Under the pieces are notes generated by a model. The model did not search any database. It was not told where the DNA came from and saw nothing but the letters and a program-made list of their open reading frames with translations. A stretch of DNA of 32,000 bases from Pyrobaculum calidifontis JCM 11548 (lineage in GTDB: Archaea > Thermoproteota > Thermoprotei > Thermoproteales > Thermoproteaceae), in NCBI RefSeq assembly GCF_000015805.1, contig NC_009073.1, positions 1,740,001 through 1,772,000 of the forward strand, given 5' to 3'. Shown here piece by piece: positions 7,413 through 16,718 of this stretch (positions within the stretch are counted from its first letter, which is position 1; each line of letters begins with the position of its first letter). Position numbers and translations under genes: made by a program.

Positions 7413-8299
7413 CGCCTAAATAGGAAGTAGACTGCCGCGGCGTTTATTGCGAAGCCTATCACGGCGAGGAGCAACGCGGCGGCGAAGAGTGCCGGTTGCA
7501 TATATGCGTAGGCCTGGGCGTTTGGGAACTGTAGCGCTATCAGCGCCGAGACGTTTATGCCCGGCTCAGTCAACGCCTTTATTACGTTTACGAAGTTTCC
7601 CCCCACCACCATGGCCACGGCAACGGTTTCGCCGAAGGCCCTCCCCAGGGCCAGGATGAGCCCGCTGAACACGTACTGCCTTATGTAGGCCAGCTTCAGC
7701 CTCACAATTTCCCACCTGCGGCTTGTGATTGAGTGTATTGCCTCTACTACCTCCTTGGGCACCGCTGCGTAGCCTTCCCTAATTACAGAGGCGGCGAATG
7801 GCGTAATCATGATGGCCAAGAGCAGGGCGGCGGTCAACACAGTGGTACCTCCCCTGGGCTCCACGGCGAAGGGCCCCACGCCGTTGTAGCTCAGCCAGCC
7901 GAAGTCTCTCCAGAGTATTTCCTGCGCCGTCTGCATAACTGGCGCCAGGACGAAGAGGCCCCAGAGGCCGAAGACCACCGTCGGCACGGCGGCGACTAGG
8001 TCCATGGTGGTTCCCAAGACTACGGCGGCTCTTGGGGGGAGGAACTCATATGCCACAGCCACGAAGGATATGGCTAAGAAGGCGGCGAGTGTGAGCGCAA
8101 GCGCTGAGATCGCCAGCGTCCCCACTAGGGCTGGGAGTAGGCCGTAGCTCTCCCTCACGGGGTCCCAGTCTGCCGTCGTTATAAGCGACATGCCGTACTT
8201 CTGCCACGCCGGCCAAGACTCTGCGACGAATAGGGAGATTAGGAGGGCCACGACTGCCAGGGGTATGAAAGAGAGGGACGCCAGGAGTCCTTTTAGCAT
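7409..8299 (-). CDS. pstC: Phosphate ABC transporter permease PstC
   Basis: Polytopic membrane protein with the loop ..ALGRAFGETVAVAMVVGGN.. typical of PstC. Lies between pstS and pstA. Confidence 0.85.
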   Translation of the reverse strand: MLKGLLASLSFIPLAVVALLISLFVAESWPAWQKYGMSLITTADWDPVRESYGLLPALVGTLAISALALTLAAFLAISFVAVAYEFLPPRAAVVLGTTMDLVAAVPTVVFGLWGLFVLAPVMQTAQEILWRDFGWLSYNGVGPFAVEPRGGTTVLTAALLLAIMITPFAASVIREGYAAVPKEVVEAIHSITSRRWEIVRLKLAYIRQYVFSGLILALGRAFGETVAVAMVVGGNFVNVIKALTEPGINVSALIALQFPNAQAYAYMQPALFAAALLLAVIGFAINAAAVYFLFRR

Positions 8300-8315
8300 G
8301 TAGAAAAAGAGTGGG

Positions 8316-9617
8316 TTATTTAACTAGTTCTAGGGCCTTGAGCCCTATCTCCGCCAGCTCCTTGGGCAGGGGTATGTAGCCCTCCACAATGTGCTCGGGC
8401 TTCTGCCCCTCTGTCAATACCCAGTAGAAGAAGCCGCGTAGAAGCTGGGCCTTGTCCTGGGGGTAGTCTGTCCAGAGGAAGACGTAGACGAAGGCCATGA
8501 TGGGGTAGCCCTTGGGCGGGTCGCTGAATTCGATGGATATGGGGTTCCAATCCTCTCTGGGGTCTGGGTAGCGGCCTAGCTTTTGGGCAACGCGCTGAAG
8601 CCCCGAGGATGCGCCCAATTGCACAGACTCCACGCTGGGCAGATGCCACTGGCCGTCGTTTCTGTTGTAAAGCTCGGCGACGCCGCCCTTTTGGTCGTAC
8701 GTCTTCTTATTGGCCCACCAGTAGGCGTACTCGATGTAGCCAATGGAGTAGGGCGTGTCTAACACGGCCTTGGCCACCCCCTCGTTTCCTTTGGCGCCTA
8801 TGCCGAGGCCTAGGTCGTCTCTAGGCCACTTCACAGTGTAGCCCCAGCCCACTGTGGAGTTCCACTCCCGGCTTACTTTGCTTAGCCAGAGGGTGAAGGC
8901 TGCTGTTGTCCCAGAGCCGTCTGACCGGTGTACCCCAATTATGTCTCTGCACGGGAGCTTGTCCGCCAAGTCTGGGTTGAGCTGTTTTATCCTCTCGTCG
9001 CACCACTTCTCGATCTTGCCCATGTAGATGTCTGCTATTACGTCGCCGGTGAGGCGGAGGTATTTGCCGGTTTTTTCGAAGGCTATCTCTGGCACGTTGT
9101 ACACTACGACTATCGAGCCTATTACCACGGGGAATTGGACGAATTTCCCGCTGATGTTGAGGTAGCGGTCCCTCGGCATGGGGACGTCAGATGCGCCGAA
9201 GTCCAACTTCCCGGCGATGAACTGAGCAGCCCCCGCGCCGGAGCCAATGGACTGGTAGTTCACTCTAACGCCGCCCTTGGTAGCTGCCAAGAAGTCCCGG
9301 CTCCACTTCTGCATCTGCGGATTGACAAAGGTAGACCCTCCGCCCAATATATCTCCCTTAAGCCCTGCCCACGGCACCCTCTCGGTGGTGGTCTGCGCCG
9401 ACGTAGTCGTCACTTTCGTCGTCGTCTGAGTCTGCGTAGTTGTCTGTGGAGGTGGCGTAGTCTGTTGCCCTGTTGTTGTCTGTGTTTTTTGTGTGGCTTG
9501 TGGTGGCGCAGTTGGTTGCCCAGCTGGTGGAGGTCGTTGCCATAGTAGGGCTATCGCCGCGGCGATTACTACCACTGCGACGATTGTCGCCACTATTAGT
9601 TTTGTGTTCATTTGCAT
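8316..9617 (-). CDS. pstS: Phosphate-binding protein PstS with N-terminal membrane anchor and Thr/Gln/Pro-rich linker
   Basis: PstS motifs GGGSTFVNP and RSDGSGTTAAFTLWL. N-terminal hydrophobic helix (LIVATIVAVVVIAAAIALLW) followed by the low-complexity linker QPTAPPQATQKTQTTTGQQTTPPPQTTTQTQTTTKVTTT. Confidence 0.85.
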   Translation of the reverse strand: MQMNTKLIVATIVAVVVIAAAIALLWQRPPPAGQPTAPPQATQKTQTTTGQQTTPPPQTTTQTQTTTKVTTTSAQTTTERVPWAGLKGDILGGGSTFVNPQMQKWSRDFLAATKGGVRVNYQSIGSGAGAAQFIAGKLDFGASDVPMPRDRYLNISGKFVQFPVVIGSIVVVYNVPEIAFEKTGKYLRLTGDVIADIYMGKIEKWCDERIKQLNPDLADKLPCRDIIGVHRSDGSGTTAAFTLWLSKVSREWNSTVGWGYTVKWPRDDLGLGIGAKGNEGVAKAVLDTPYSIGYIEYAYWWANKKTYDQKGGVAELYNRNDGQWHLPSVESVQLGASSGLQRVAQKLGRYPDPREDWNPISIEFSDPPKGYPIMAFVYVFLWTDYPQDKAQLLRGFFYWVLTEGQKPEHIVEGYIPLPKELAEIGLKALELVK

Positions 9618-9635
9618 GCCGGCCTTTCCCTACGT

Positions 9636-9643
9636 CTTTTTTA
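9636..9643 (-). promoter_or_regulatory. TATA box of the pst operon
   Basis: The minus strand reads TAAAAAAG, centred 22.5 nt upstream of pstS ATG 9617. Confidence 0.5.
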
Positions 9644-9729
9644 GGTTTGTGCATATGAAATTTTGGGTGATGTGAGAAGAATCGCGTGGGCATTGGTTCC
9701 AATCTTCCCCTTTTTCATATGTTTCATTC

Positions 9730-9737
9730 TTAAATAT
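9730..9737 (+). promoter_or_regulatory. TATA box of the divergent AbrB-PhoU regulator gene
   Basis: TTAAATAT is centred 22.5 nt upstream of in-frame GTG 9756. Confidence 0.5.
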
Positions 9738-9755
9738 TGGAGTTGGCGGGGTTTT

Positions 9756-10589
9756 GTGCGTAGGAGGGTGTCTGTTGTCCGTGGTTCATATGTGATTTAT
9801 CTGCCTAAGGAGTGGGCTGTGGAGGTGGGGGTTGACGAGGCTAGGGAGGTCTTTGTTGTCCGGGATGGGAGGGTGTTGCTGGTGTTTCCCGTCTCTGAGT
9901 CCTCGGTGGAGCTTGTGGTGAGGGACCGCGCTGTGGCCGAGAAGGCCTTTCTGGCGGCGTATATAGCTGGGTTTGACCGAGTGGTGGTGAGGGGGTCTGG
10001 GGAAGTTTTGGAGCGGGTGGTGTCGTTGGCTAGGTTTTACGGCGCGGCGGTGGTGGAGCAGGGGGCCGGCTACGTGGTTTTAAAAATAGTGGACTCAGAG
10101 GTGGACTTGGCGGTGTTGGTGCGGCGCATGTTTAACGTCTTTATGAACTATATGCTGGATCACGTGGCGTATGCCGAGAAGCCCGACGTGAGGCTTCTAG
10201 AGGCCGTGGACGACGAGGTTGACAAACTGCGCCACGTGGTAGAGAGGAGGTGTACAAAGGCCCCTTCGCGTAGTTGTACTCAGTACGTGTTAATTGCCAG
10301 GTACATTGAGCGAGCCGCCGACCACCTCGTGGAGTATGCCAAGCTGTCTCCTAACAGGTCTGTGGCCAGGGAGTTGTACGAGGCGGCGTCTAGGGTGGCG
10401 GAGGCGCAGGGAGACGTGGAGAAGGTCCTCAGAGCGCTTGCGTCGGTTAAGTCCCTCTCCACGCGCCTCCAGTACTCTGGCGAAGACGTTAGTATACTGC
10501 ACGTGGTCAGGATCTTGGACTACTTGGAGGACGTCTTGGAGGAGTTTATAGACCTGTCTCTGCTAGACGCCGAGAGGGTGGAGCTCTAG
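9756..10589 (+). CDS. Phosphate-uptake regulator, N-terminal AbrB/SpoVT-like DNA-binding domain fused to PhoU-like domain
   Basis: The N-terminus VRRRVSVVRGSYVIYLPKEWAVEVGV is the AbrB/SpoVT swapped-hairpin signature. PhoU motifs DDEVDKLRHVV and ERAADHLVEYAKL follow. The ORF-track TTG 9663 would translate the AT-rich promoter, so it is rejected in favour of GTG 9756. Confidence 0.8.
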   Translation: MRRRVSVVRGSYVIYLPKEWAVEVGVDEAREVFVVRDGRVLLVFPVSESSVELVVRDRAVAEKAFLAAYIAGFDRVVVRGSGEVLERVVSLARFYGAAVVEQGAGYVVLKIVDSEVDLAVLVRRMFNVFMNYMLDHVAYAEKPDVRLLEAVDDEVDKLRHVVERRCTKAPSRSCTQYVLIARYIERAADHLVEYAKLSPNRSVARELYEAASRVAEAQGDVEKVLRALASVKSLSTRLQYSGEDVSILHVVRILDYLEDVLEEFIDLSLLDAERVEL

Positions 10590-11850
10590 CCAGCTCCCTC
10601 TCCGTCTCTTCTACGTCTATGGCCACTGGGTACTCCCCAGTGAAGCAGGCGTAACACACGGCCCCGCCGAGGATTTGTCTAAACTTGTCCAGGGGGAGGT
10701 AGGCCAGCGTGTCTGCGCCGACGAGGTGCCTCACTGCCTCTACCGACCTGGCGTATGCCGCGAGCTCGCGGCGGGTTTGAAAGTCCATGCCGAAGAAGCA
10801 GGGCCACTTCACGGGGGGCGAGGCTATTCTGACATGCACCTCCCGCGCCCCGACCTCCCTCAGCATTTTCACAACAGCCCTTATGTTTGTGCCTCTTATC
10901 AGTGAGTCGTCTACAAGGGCCACGCCCCTCCCCTCCACGTGCCCCCTCAGCACTTTGAAGGCGGTGGCTGGGCTTCTTGCGTGAGGCGGCGATATGAATA
11001 TGCGGCCTGCAAAGCGGCTTTTTACCACCGCCTCCACTAGCGGCTTCCCCAGGGCCGAGGCGTACGCCTCGGCTATTACGCGCGCTGTCTCGGGCACGTA
11101 CGTCACCACGTCTATTGCGTCGGCAACTTCCTCCGCCTCCGCTAAGGCCCGCCCCAGCTCCCTCCGCACTGCGTACACCGACTTGCCCCCGAGCTCGCTG
11201 GCGAAGTGGGCGAAGTACACGTACTCAAGGGCGCACAGCCTCTGTGCCGGCTCCTCCGCCACTTTCCACGTGGCTATCCTCCTGCCGTAGAACACAGCAG
11301 TTCCCGGGGCCAGCTCCAGCCCGCCGTCCAGCGCCACAGTCTCAGACGCCGCGGCGAAGCTCCCGCCGTGTTGCTTCACCGCCAAAGGCCTAATCCCCCT
11401 CACGTCTCTCACCGTGAGAATCCCCTCGTGGGTCAAGGCAATGAGGGAGGCGGCGCCCACAAGCTTTGCATACACTGACGCCACGCCTTGCTCAAGCCCC
11501 AGCTCCCAGACCTCCCTCGCCAGGGCCTTGGCCAAGGCCTCGCCGTCGAATTTGGCCTTTGGGTCTAGCCGCCTGTAGTTCACGATGGTGCCGTTGAACA
11601 CTAGGGCGAGTTCCATGTCTCTGTGCTTGGCTAAGACGGGCTGGAGGGCCTGCTGGTAGGGGCCGGTGGTGCTGTACCTCGTGTGAATTACGGCGGCTTC
11701 AGCGTCCTCGGGGGGGCGGCCCAGCTTGAGCTCTCCGTTTCGCAGATAGGCGTAGCCCACGCCCTCGTGCCCTCTGTGTAGTAGCCAGGGCTCCATGGCT
11801 AACACCAAGCGCGCCGCCTCTGGGCCCCAGGCGCCGCCTATGCCGCACAT
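10546..11850 (-). CDS. purF: Amidophosphoribosyltransferase (glutamine-PRPP amidotransferase)
   Basis: Starts MCGIGG (Ntn Cys1), with RGHEGVGYA, HTRYSTTG and FNGTIVNY. PRPP loop VALVDDSLIRGTN. Cys ligands CALEYVYF, CFFGMD and CYAC. Its ATG lies 1 nt after the purL stop. Confidence 0.9.
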   Translation of the reverse strand: MCGIGGAWGPEAARLVLAMEPWLLHRGHEGVGYAYLRNGELKLGRPPEDAEAAVIHTRYSTTGPYQQALQPVLAKHRDMELALVFNGTIVNYRRLDPKAKFDGEALAKALAREVWELGLEQGVASVYAKLVGAASLIALTHEGILTVRDVRGIRPLAVKQHGGSFAAASETVALDGGLELAPGTAVFYGRRIATWKVAEEPAQRLCALEYVYFAHFASELGGKSVYAVRRELGRALAEAEEVADAIDVVTYVPETARVIAEAYASALGKPLVEAVVKSRFAGRIFISPPHARSPATAFKVLRGHVEGRGVALVDDSLIRGTNIRAVVKMLREVGAREVHVRIASPPVKWPCFFGMDFQTRRELAAYARSVEAVRHLVGADTLAYLPLDKFRQILGGAVCYACFTGEYPVAIDVEETERELARAPPSRRLAETGL

Positions 11851-11851
11851 G

Positions 11852-13933
11852 TTAAAGCCTCAGCGCCATAAGCTCCCTCAGCTCTTCCACCTTCCTCTTG
11901 TACAAGAGAGTGCCCCCGCACCTCAGCCTCAGCTTCTCGCCCTCCGCCTCGCCTATTTTTACCCCCGGCCCCTCCTCCCCCGCTGTGATAAACCGCCCGT
12001 TGGACTCAGAGAAGAGGAGGAAGTCGAGGCGAGTGGTCTCGGCAGGCGCCTTGCATATGTCTACGTCGGCGCCTACGCCGCTGTTCACCGCCATTTTCGC
12101 TAAGGCGGCGGCGAGGCCTCCCAGCCCCACATCAGTGGCCTTCCTGGGCCTCCACGTCCCGACGAGGCGCAAGATCTCTTTCTCCACTGCGTAGTCCACC
12201 GCCGGCGGCTCCCCAGCCACTTCGCCGAATATCCTGTACAAATACTCGCTGCCGCCCACCTCTGCCTTTGTGACTCCCCAGAGGTATATCCCATCTCCTG
12301 CTTCCCACGTCGCCTTAGCCGCCTTGCCCACGTCGTCTATTTTCCCGAGCACCACCACGGCCACCACCGGCTTTATGGGCTTGTCCAAATACTCGTTGTA
12401 GAGGCTGACTTTGCCCCCCACGATGGGCACTCCAAGCGCCTCCGCCGCCTCTGCGAGGCCTTCCACAGCCTCTACAAACTGCCAATAGACCTCGGGCCTG
12501 GCGGGACTTCCCAAGTTTATGGAGTCTACCGCGGCTAGGGGGATGCCCCTCGCCACTACCACGTTGCGATACGCTTTTACAAAGGCGTTGGCGGCGCCCA
12601 GCCTGGGGCTGAGGTATGTGTAGCGGGGGTTGGCGTCGCCTTTGACCACAATCCCCACGTCGCCTAGCTCCAACAGCTTTAACACTGCGGCGTCTCCCTC
12701 GCCCGGCTTGACGACGGTCCTCACCCCCACGTCGAAGTCGAAGCGCTCATATATCGCCGCCTTCTTGGCCACGTTAGGCGACGAGAGGACGGCGTCTATG
12801 GCCTTGTCTAACGGGGGCTGGGGAAGGTCGGGGAGAGGCTTGGCCTTGTAGGGCCTCGTGGGCCACTCCAGCACGGGGGCGTTGGCGGCCAGCTCCACTG
12901 GCACATCTCCCACGACCTCTCCCCTCCACTTGAAGACGAGTCTGCCCCCCTCGGTGAAGCGGCCGACCACTGAGTATGGCACGTCGTATTTCTCAAACAG
13001 CGCCTTGAGGCAGGGTAGCTGGCCCTCAGACGTCACAAGTACCAGCCGCTCTTGTGTCTCGCTTATTAAAACCTCGGCGGGGCCCATCTCCGCATCTGAC
13101 ATATGTATTTTGTCGAGGTCTATCTCAAGCCCTAGGCCGAACCAATGGGCCAGCTCAGCCGCAGCCGTTGCAAGCCCGCCGCCGCCTAGGTCCTTTATGT
13201 ATTTTACGCACTGCCGAGCCTCTTGCACGAGGTCTATGAGCCTCTTCCCCATGAGGGGGTCTGCCACTTGCACTGCGCCCAAGTCCTCTTCTTCCGTCAG
13301 CGTCTTGCTGGCGAAGGCCGAGCCTCCGAGGCCGCTCTTATCGGCGCCGGAGCCCACTACGATGAAGAGGTCCCCTGCCTCTACGCCGCCTCTGGGCACA
13401 TCCTCTGCACTCACGACCCCCACGCAAGTGGCTAAGACAATGGGGGTGTAAGTGAAGTCTTCGTCAAACCACGTCTCGCCGCCTACCACGGGCACGCCCA
13501 CTCTGTTCCCATAGTCGGAGATCCCTCTGACGACTCCCTGGGCGATCCACTTGGCGTGTGCGTCCTGCGGGGGGCCGAAATGGAGGTTTACCAAGAGGGC
13601 TATGGGCTTGGCCCCCACTGTCAATATGTCGCGTATAATGCCGCCGACCCCCGTCGCGGCGCCGTTGTAGGGATCTACGGCGCTTGGGTGGTTGTGGGAC
13701 TCTATCTTAAACGTGACATATAGGCCGGGGGCCACTTCCACAAGCGGCGCGTCTGTGCCAGGGCCCTTTACCACCCACGGCGCCTTAGAGGGGAGGCGCG
13801 ACAGCCTCCCCCTCGTCGACTTATACGCGCAGTGCTCTGACCAATGCGCGGTGAATAGGGCGAGCTCCACCGGCGTGGGCCCTCTCCCAAGCCCCCTCCT
13901 AATGGCCTCAAGCTCAGCCGCGGTGAGGGCCAT
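11852..13933 (-). CDS. purL: Phosphoribosylformylglycinamidine (FGAM) synthase II, large subunit
   Basis: 693 aa. N-terminus ..[17 protein letters not shown].., [21 protein letters not shown], and duplicated PurM-like domains. Confidence 0.92.
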   Translation of the reverse strand: MALTAAELEAIRRGLGRGPTPVELALFTAHWSEHCAYKSTRGRLSRLPSKAPWVVKGPGTDAPLVEVAPGLYVTFKIESHNHPSAVDPYNGAATGVGGIIRDILTVGAKPIALLVNLHFGPPQDAHAKWIAQGVVRGISDYGNRVGVPVVGGETWFDEDFTYTPIVLATCVGVVSAEDVPRGGVEAGDLFIVVGSGADKSGLGGSAFASKTLTEEEDLGAVQVADPLMGKRLIDLVQEARQCVKYIKDLGGGGLATAAAELAHWFGLGLEIDLDKIHMSDAEMGPAEVLISETQERLVLVTSEGQLPCLKALFEKYDVPYSVVGRFTEGGRLVFKWRGEVVGDVPVELAANAPVLEWPTRPYKAKPLPDLPQPPLDKAIDAVLSSPNVAKKAAIYERFDFDVGVRTVVKPGEGDAAVLKLLELGDVGIVVKGDANPRYTYLSPRLGAANAFVKAYRNVVVARGIPLAAVDSINLGSPARPEVYWQFVEAVEGLAEAAEALGVPIVGGKVSLYNEYLDKPIKPVVAVVVLGKIDDVGKAAKATWEAGDGIYLWGVTKAEVGGSEYLYRIFGEVAGEPPAVDYAVEKEILRLVGTWRPRKATDVGLGGLAAALAKMAVNSGVGADVDICKAPAETTRLDFLLFSESNGRFITAGEEGPGVKIGEAEGEKLRLRCGGTLLYKRKVEELRELMALRL

Positions 13934-13952
13934 GTCTACGAGCTTTTATCCA

Positions 13953-13960
13953 TTTTTAAA
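13953..13960 (-). promoter_or_regulatory. TATA box for purL-purF
   Basis: The minus strand reads TTTAAAAA, centred 23.5 nt upstream of ATG 13933. Confidence 0.5.
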
Positions 13961-14028
13961 CCTTCACTTATATTGCCAAGAGGCGCCACATATGAACTCC
14001 GCGCCACTATTAAACAAGTAGTTAAAAC

Positions 14029-14036
14029 TTTTAAAG
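14029..14036 (+). promoter_or_regulatory. TATA box for purS-purQ
   Basis: TTTTAAAG is centred 22.5 nt upstream of GTG 14055. Confidence 0.5.
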
Positions 14037-14054
14037 TGGGCTGTCTCTCTCTGT

Positions 14055-14309
14055 GTGAGATACGTCGTCTACCTAAACGTGACGTATAAGCCCACGATAA
14101 GGGAGCCCGAGGGGGAGACAATTTCAAGGGAGCTCCTCGCCAGGCTTGGATACAGCGTAGAGGTTAGGGCTGGGAAGTGCCTGGCCCTCTACTTGGAGGC
14201 CTCTTCTCCCGAGGAGGCGGCGGCTAAGGCGCTTGAGGTGGCCAAGGCGGCTAGGCTGGGGAACCCCAACGTCCACGTGGTCGAGGTGCTCAAGGTGGCG
14301 CCGGCATGA
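14055..14309 (+). CDS. purS: FGAM synthase subunit PurS
   Basis: 84 aa with the typical PurS N-terminus (VVYLNVTYKPTIREPEGETI). ATGA overlap with purQ; divergent from purL. Confidence 0.85.
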   Translation: MRYVVYLNVTYKPTIREPEGETISRELLARLGYSVEVRAGKCLALYLEASSPEEAAAKALEVAKAARLGNPNVHVVEVLKVAPA

Positions 14310-14947
14310 TCGTCGTAGGGGTGTTGAAGTTTCCGGGGACAAACGGCGACTTCGACGTTTTAAGGGCCTTGGAGCTGGCGGGGCTTAGGGGGGAGGTGGT
14401 GTGGTATAAAGACTACAGGTCGGGGGTATACGACGCGGTGGTGCTGGCTGGGGGGTTCAGCTACGGGGATAGGCTGAGGGCTGGGGCCATAGCCGCGGCT
14501 ACTGAGGCAGTGGAGAGACTGAGGGTCGACGTGGAGAGGGGGGTACCCGTCTTGGGCATATGCAACGGCTTTCAGATATTGACTGAGGCGGGCCTCCTCC
14601 CGGGGGCTCTCGTGCCCAACGACCCGCCGGGCTTTGTAAGCAGGTGGATTAGGGTGAGGGTTGTGGACAACGAGACGCCCTTCACCCTCCTCTACCAGAG
14701 GGGGGAGGTGGTGTACATGCCCATGGCCCATGCGGAGGGCCGCTATATACCCACGGGGCCCTACCGGGCCGCCTTTAAGTATGTGGACAACCCCAACGGC
14801 TCTGTAGACGACGTGGCAGGAGTCGCCGTGGGGAATGTGCTGGGCCTAATGCCTCACCCAGAGCGCGCCGTGGGCCCCCACGTGTCGAGGGGAGGCGTCG
14901 GGGGGCTAAAGCTCTGGCTAAGCCTCAAGCAGTGGCTAAAGACCTAG
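14306..14947 (+). CDS. purQ: FGAM synthase I, glutaminase subunit PurQ
   Basis: FPGTNGD, class-I amidotransferase nucleophile elbow GICNGFQIL, and C-terminal MPHPER. Confidence 0.9.
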   Translation: MIVVGVLKFPGTNGDFDVLRALELAGLRGEVVWYKDYRSGVYDAVVLAGGFSYGDRLRAGAIAAATEAVERLRVDVERGVPVLGICNGFQILTEAGLLPGALVPNDPPGFVSRWIRVRVVDNETPFTLLYQRGEVVYMPMAHAEGRYIPTGPYRAAFKYVDNPNGSVDDVAGVAVGNVLGLMPHPERAVGPHVSRGGVGGLKLWLSLKQWLKT

Positions 14948-15945
14948 CGCCGTCCCCGGCGTTGCGCCAAGGGCACGGCCGAGAGGGCTACAAAGACGGC
15001 GTCTAAGACCACTAGGAGGGCTAGGCCGTGTACAACCACTGCGGCTCCAAGCGACGACCCAACGACGGCCGCCGCCCTATGGAAGACCCTGTTTAACGCG
15101 AATGCCGCAACAGGCCTTGTCGCCAAAAACCTCTTCTGCAGGTTGAGCAAGTACACAGAGGTCAACAAGTCGATGAAATACGCCGCGGCGAAGAACACGG
15201 CGGGGTGCATCGTTAAATACAGCAACACGAGGAGCGACACCGCCGGGGGAACGTAGACGGCTGGCAGACGGCCTAATAGGCGGCCGGCTATATACAAGTT
15301 GACCAGGCTGATTAAGTCCACATAGGCGAAGAATATGCCCACGAGCGGCATTGGCATTGTCTGAGATAGATACAGCGGCATGAAGGGGTAAAGAGTGAAG
15401 TATCCCGCCATGAAGAGTAGAAATGAGACGTTGAGCCTCGTCAACGTTGACCAGCGCAGGGCCGCCTCCATCTGCCGACTGTACGGCTGGGCCTTTGCCA
15501 AAGCCGCACATAAGAGGGCAATCGGCGTCAAGAGGGGCAAGACGGAGGCCCCGCCGAAGCCCGCCAAAAGCGATCCCGAGACAAGCCCTATGTTCACCGC
15601 GTAGGCCCTGGCCACCACATCTCCCGGTCCCAGATAGGAGGAGTAGACAAGCGAAAGCCCCCGCGAGATGCCCCACGCCACGGCAAAGGCGTAGGCGTTT
15701 AAAAACGCGAGGGGTCCAGTCGCCGCTAGGGAAAGTGTAGCAAATAAGGCGAAAAGGCTTGGCCTCTTCTCCATAAGCGGAGCCGCGGCCAGCGACGCAA
15801 GCGATATAGCATTAGCAATGGCGTGGACAAGGCCCACTTGAGGCAGGTGTAGAAGGAAAGGCAGAGACACCAAAGACGCCCTATCTACAAACGATTGGAG
15901 AAAAATCCCAAAAAGAGCTACTGTCTTAAGGGGGCGTCGTTGCAC
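14944..15945 (-). CDS. Polytopic membrane protein, transporter-like (MFS-like topology; family not established)
   Basis: 333 aa, about 10 hydrophobic segments, consistent codon usage. No diagnostic motif recognised. Shares a CTAG stop/stop overlap with purQ. Confidence 0.65.
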   Translation of the reverse strand: MQRRPLKTVALFGIFLQSFVDRASLVSLPFLLHLPQVGLVHAIANAISLASLAAAPLMEKRPSLFALFATLSLAATGPLAFLNAYAFAVAWGISRGLSLVYSSYLGPGDVVARAYAVNIGLVSGSLLAGFGGASVLPLLTPIALLCAALAKAQPYSRQMEAALRWSTLTRLNVSFLLFMAGYFTLYPFMPLYLSQTMPMPLVGIFFAYVDLISLVNLYIAGRLLGRLPAVYVPPAVSLLVLLYLTMHPAVFFAAAYFIDLLTSVYLLNLQKRFLATRPVAAFALNRVFHRAAAVVGSSLGAAVVVHGLALLVVLDAVFVALSAVPLAQRRGRR

Positions 15946-15987
15946 TTTTCTTTGACTGTTTATATAGTGTTAACTCGCTCGGCATTG

Positions 15988-16692
15988 TTACAGTGACGTC
16001 TTTATGTTATTGGCCACCTGTCGGAGGTAGTTTGGCAGCTCCTCTTGTGGGATAGGTATGGCGCCTTCTACGGATAAGTGGGCGTTGTACTTGTGTCTCA
16101 CCAAGATCTTTACGTCAGCGGCCTTCCATGCCGGGATGTCGTTTTCGCTGTCGCCCATGTACACGACGTGTGAAACTCCCAGAAGGGCCCTCAAGAGGCG
16201 CACTGCGTCTCCCTTGTCTCTCTTCGTGGCGTATATGTCCACGAAGGGATGGCCGCCGTATTTCAACACTGTGAGCCCCCTCCTCTCCGCCTCGGCGACC
16301 ACCGCGTCTAGGCCCGCCGGCTGTCTGCCGGCGCCTCTCCAGTCGATGGTGAGACCGGCCGGCGAGCCGAAGGTAGTCCTCTTAACTTCTACGTACGCGT
16401 CGAGCCTTTCTGCGGCCTTGGCCACGTGGACTAGGGCCTCGGGGTTTAAGTCTTCTGCCACCGCCACGTAACCCCCTGCCTTCACCTCTGCGCCGTTTAT
16501 GCATGCATACGCTGCGGCGTAAGGCACTCTCGCCGTAGCCAGTGAGCACTCCTTAGTGGTGACGACGGCCACTGGGATTAGCTTGGCCAGTTCTCGCAAC
16601 GCCTCGTCTACTTCCCTGGGCAACTCCCCCCTCCCCCTCTCCGGGGGCGTCAGCGTCCCATCTAGGTCTGTGAACAGAGCAATTGACACCAC
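15988..16692 (-). CDS. HAD-superfamily phosphatase, subfamily IIB-like (Cof/sucrose-phosphatase type)
   Basis: Motif I FTDLDGTLT, motif II VVTTKE, and Lys plus motif IV ..KRDKG..YMGDSENDIP. GTG 16692 (or 16689) is preferred over TTG 16728 because a TATATAAC box lies 22.5 nt upstream. Confidence 0.8.
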   Translation of the reverse strand: MVSIALFTDLDGTLTPPERGRGELPREVDEALRELAKLIPVAVVTTKECSLATARVPYAAAYACINGAEVKAGGYVAVAEDLNPEALVHVAKAAERLDAYVEVKRTTFGSPAGLTIDWRGAGRQPAGLDAVVAEAERRGLTVLKYGGHPFVDIYATKRDKGDAVRLLRALLGVSHVVYMGDSENDIPAWKAADVKILVRHKYNAHLSVEGAIPIPQEELPNYLRQVANNIKTSL

Positions 16693-16710
16693 TGGGGATG
16701 CAAGTGGAAG

Positions 16711-16718
16711 GTTATATA
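16711..16718 (-). promoter_or_regulatory. TATA box for the HAD phosphatase gene (overlaps the stop codon of the TenA-like gene)
   Basis: The minus strand reads TATATAAC, centred 22.5 nt upstream of GTG 16692. Confidence 0.45.

Noticed and set aside
8928-9545. 205-aa + strand ORF
   Set aside because: It lies antisense to pstS. Its composition (Arg/Leu/Cys-rich tail) mirrors the Thr/Gln linker codons.
9663-9755. TM-like N-terminal extension (IAWALVPIFPFFICFILKYW) of the regulator ORF from TTG 9663
   Set aside because: It is a translation of the AT-rich divergent promoter, which contains the gene's own TATA box. The AbrB domain begins right at GTG 9756.
12858-13451. 197-aa + strand ORF (and neighbours 11898-12194 and 12630-12851)
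   Set aside because: These lie antisense to purL and are Ser/Thr/Pro-rich shadow frames.
15077-15676. 199-aa minus-strand ORF
   Set aside because: It is an alternative frame of the membrane-protein gene. Hydrophobic periodicity is found only in the 14944-15945 frame.
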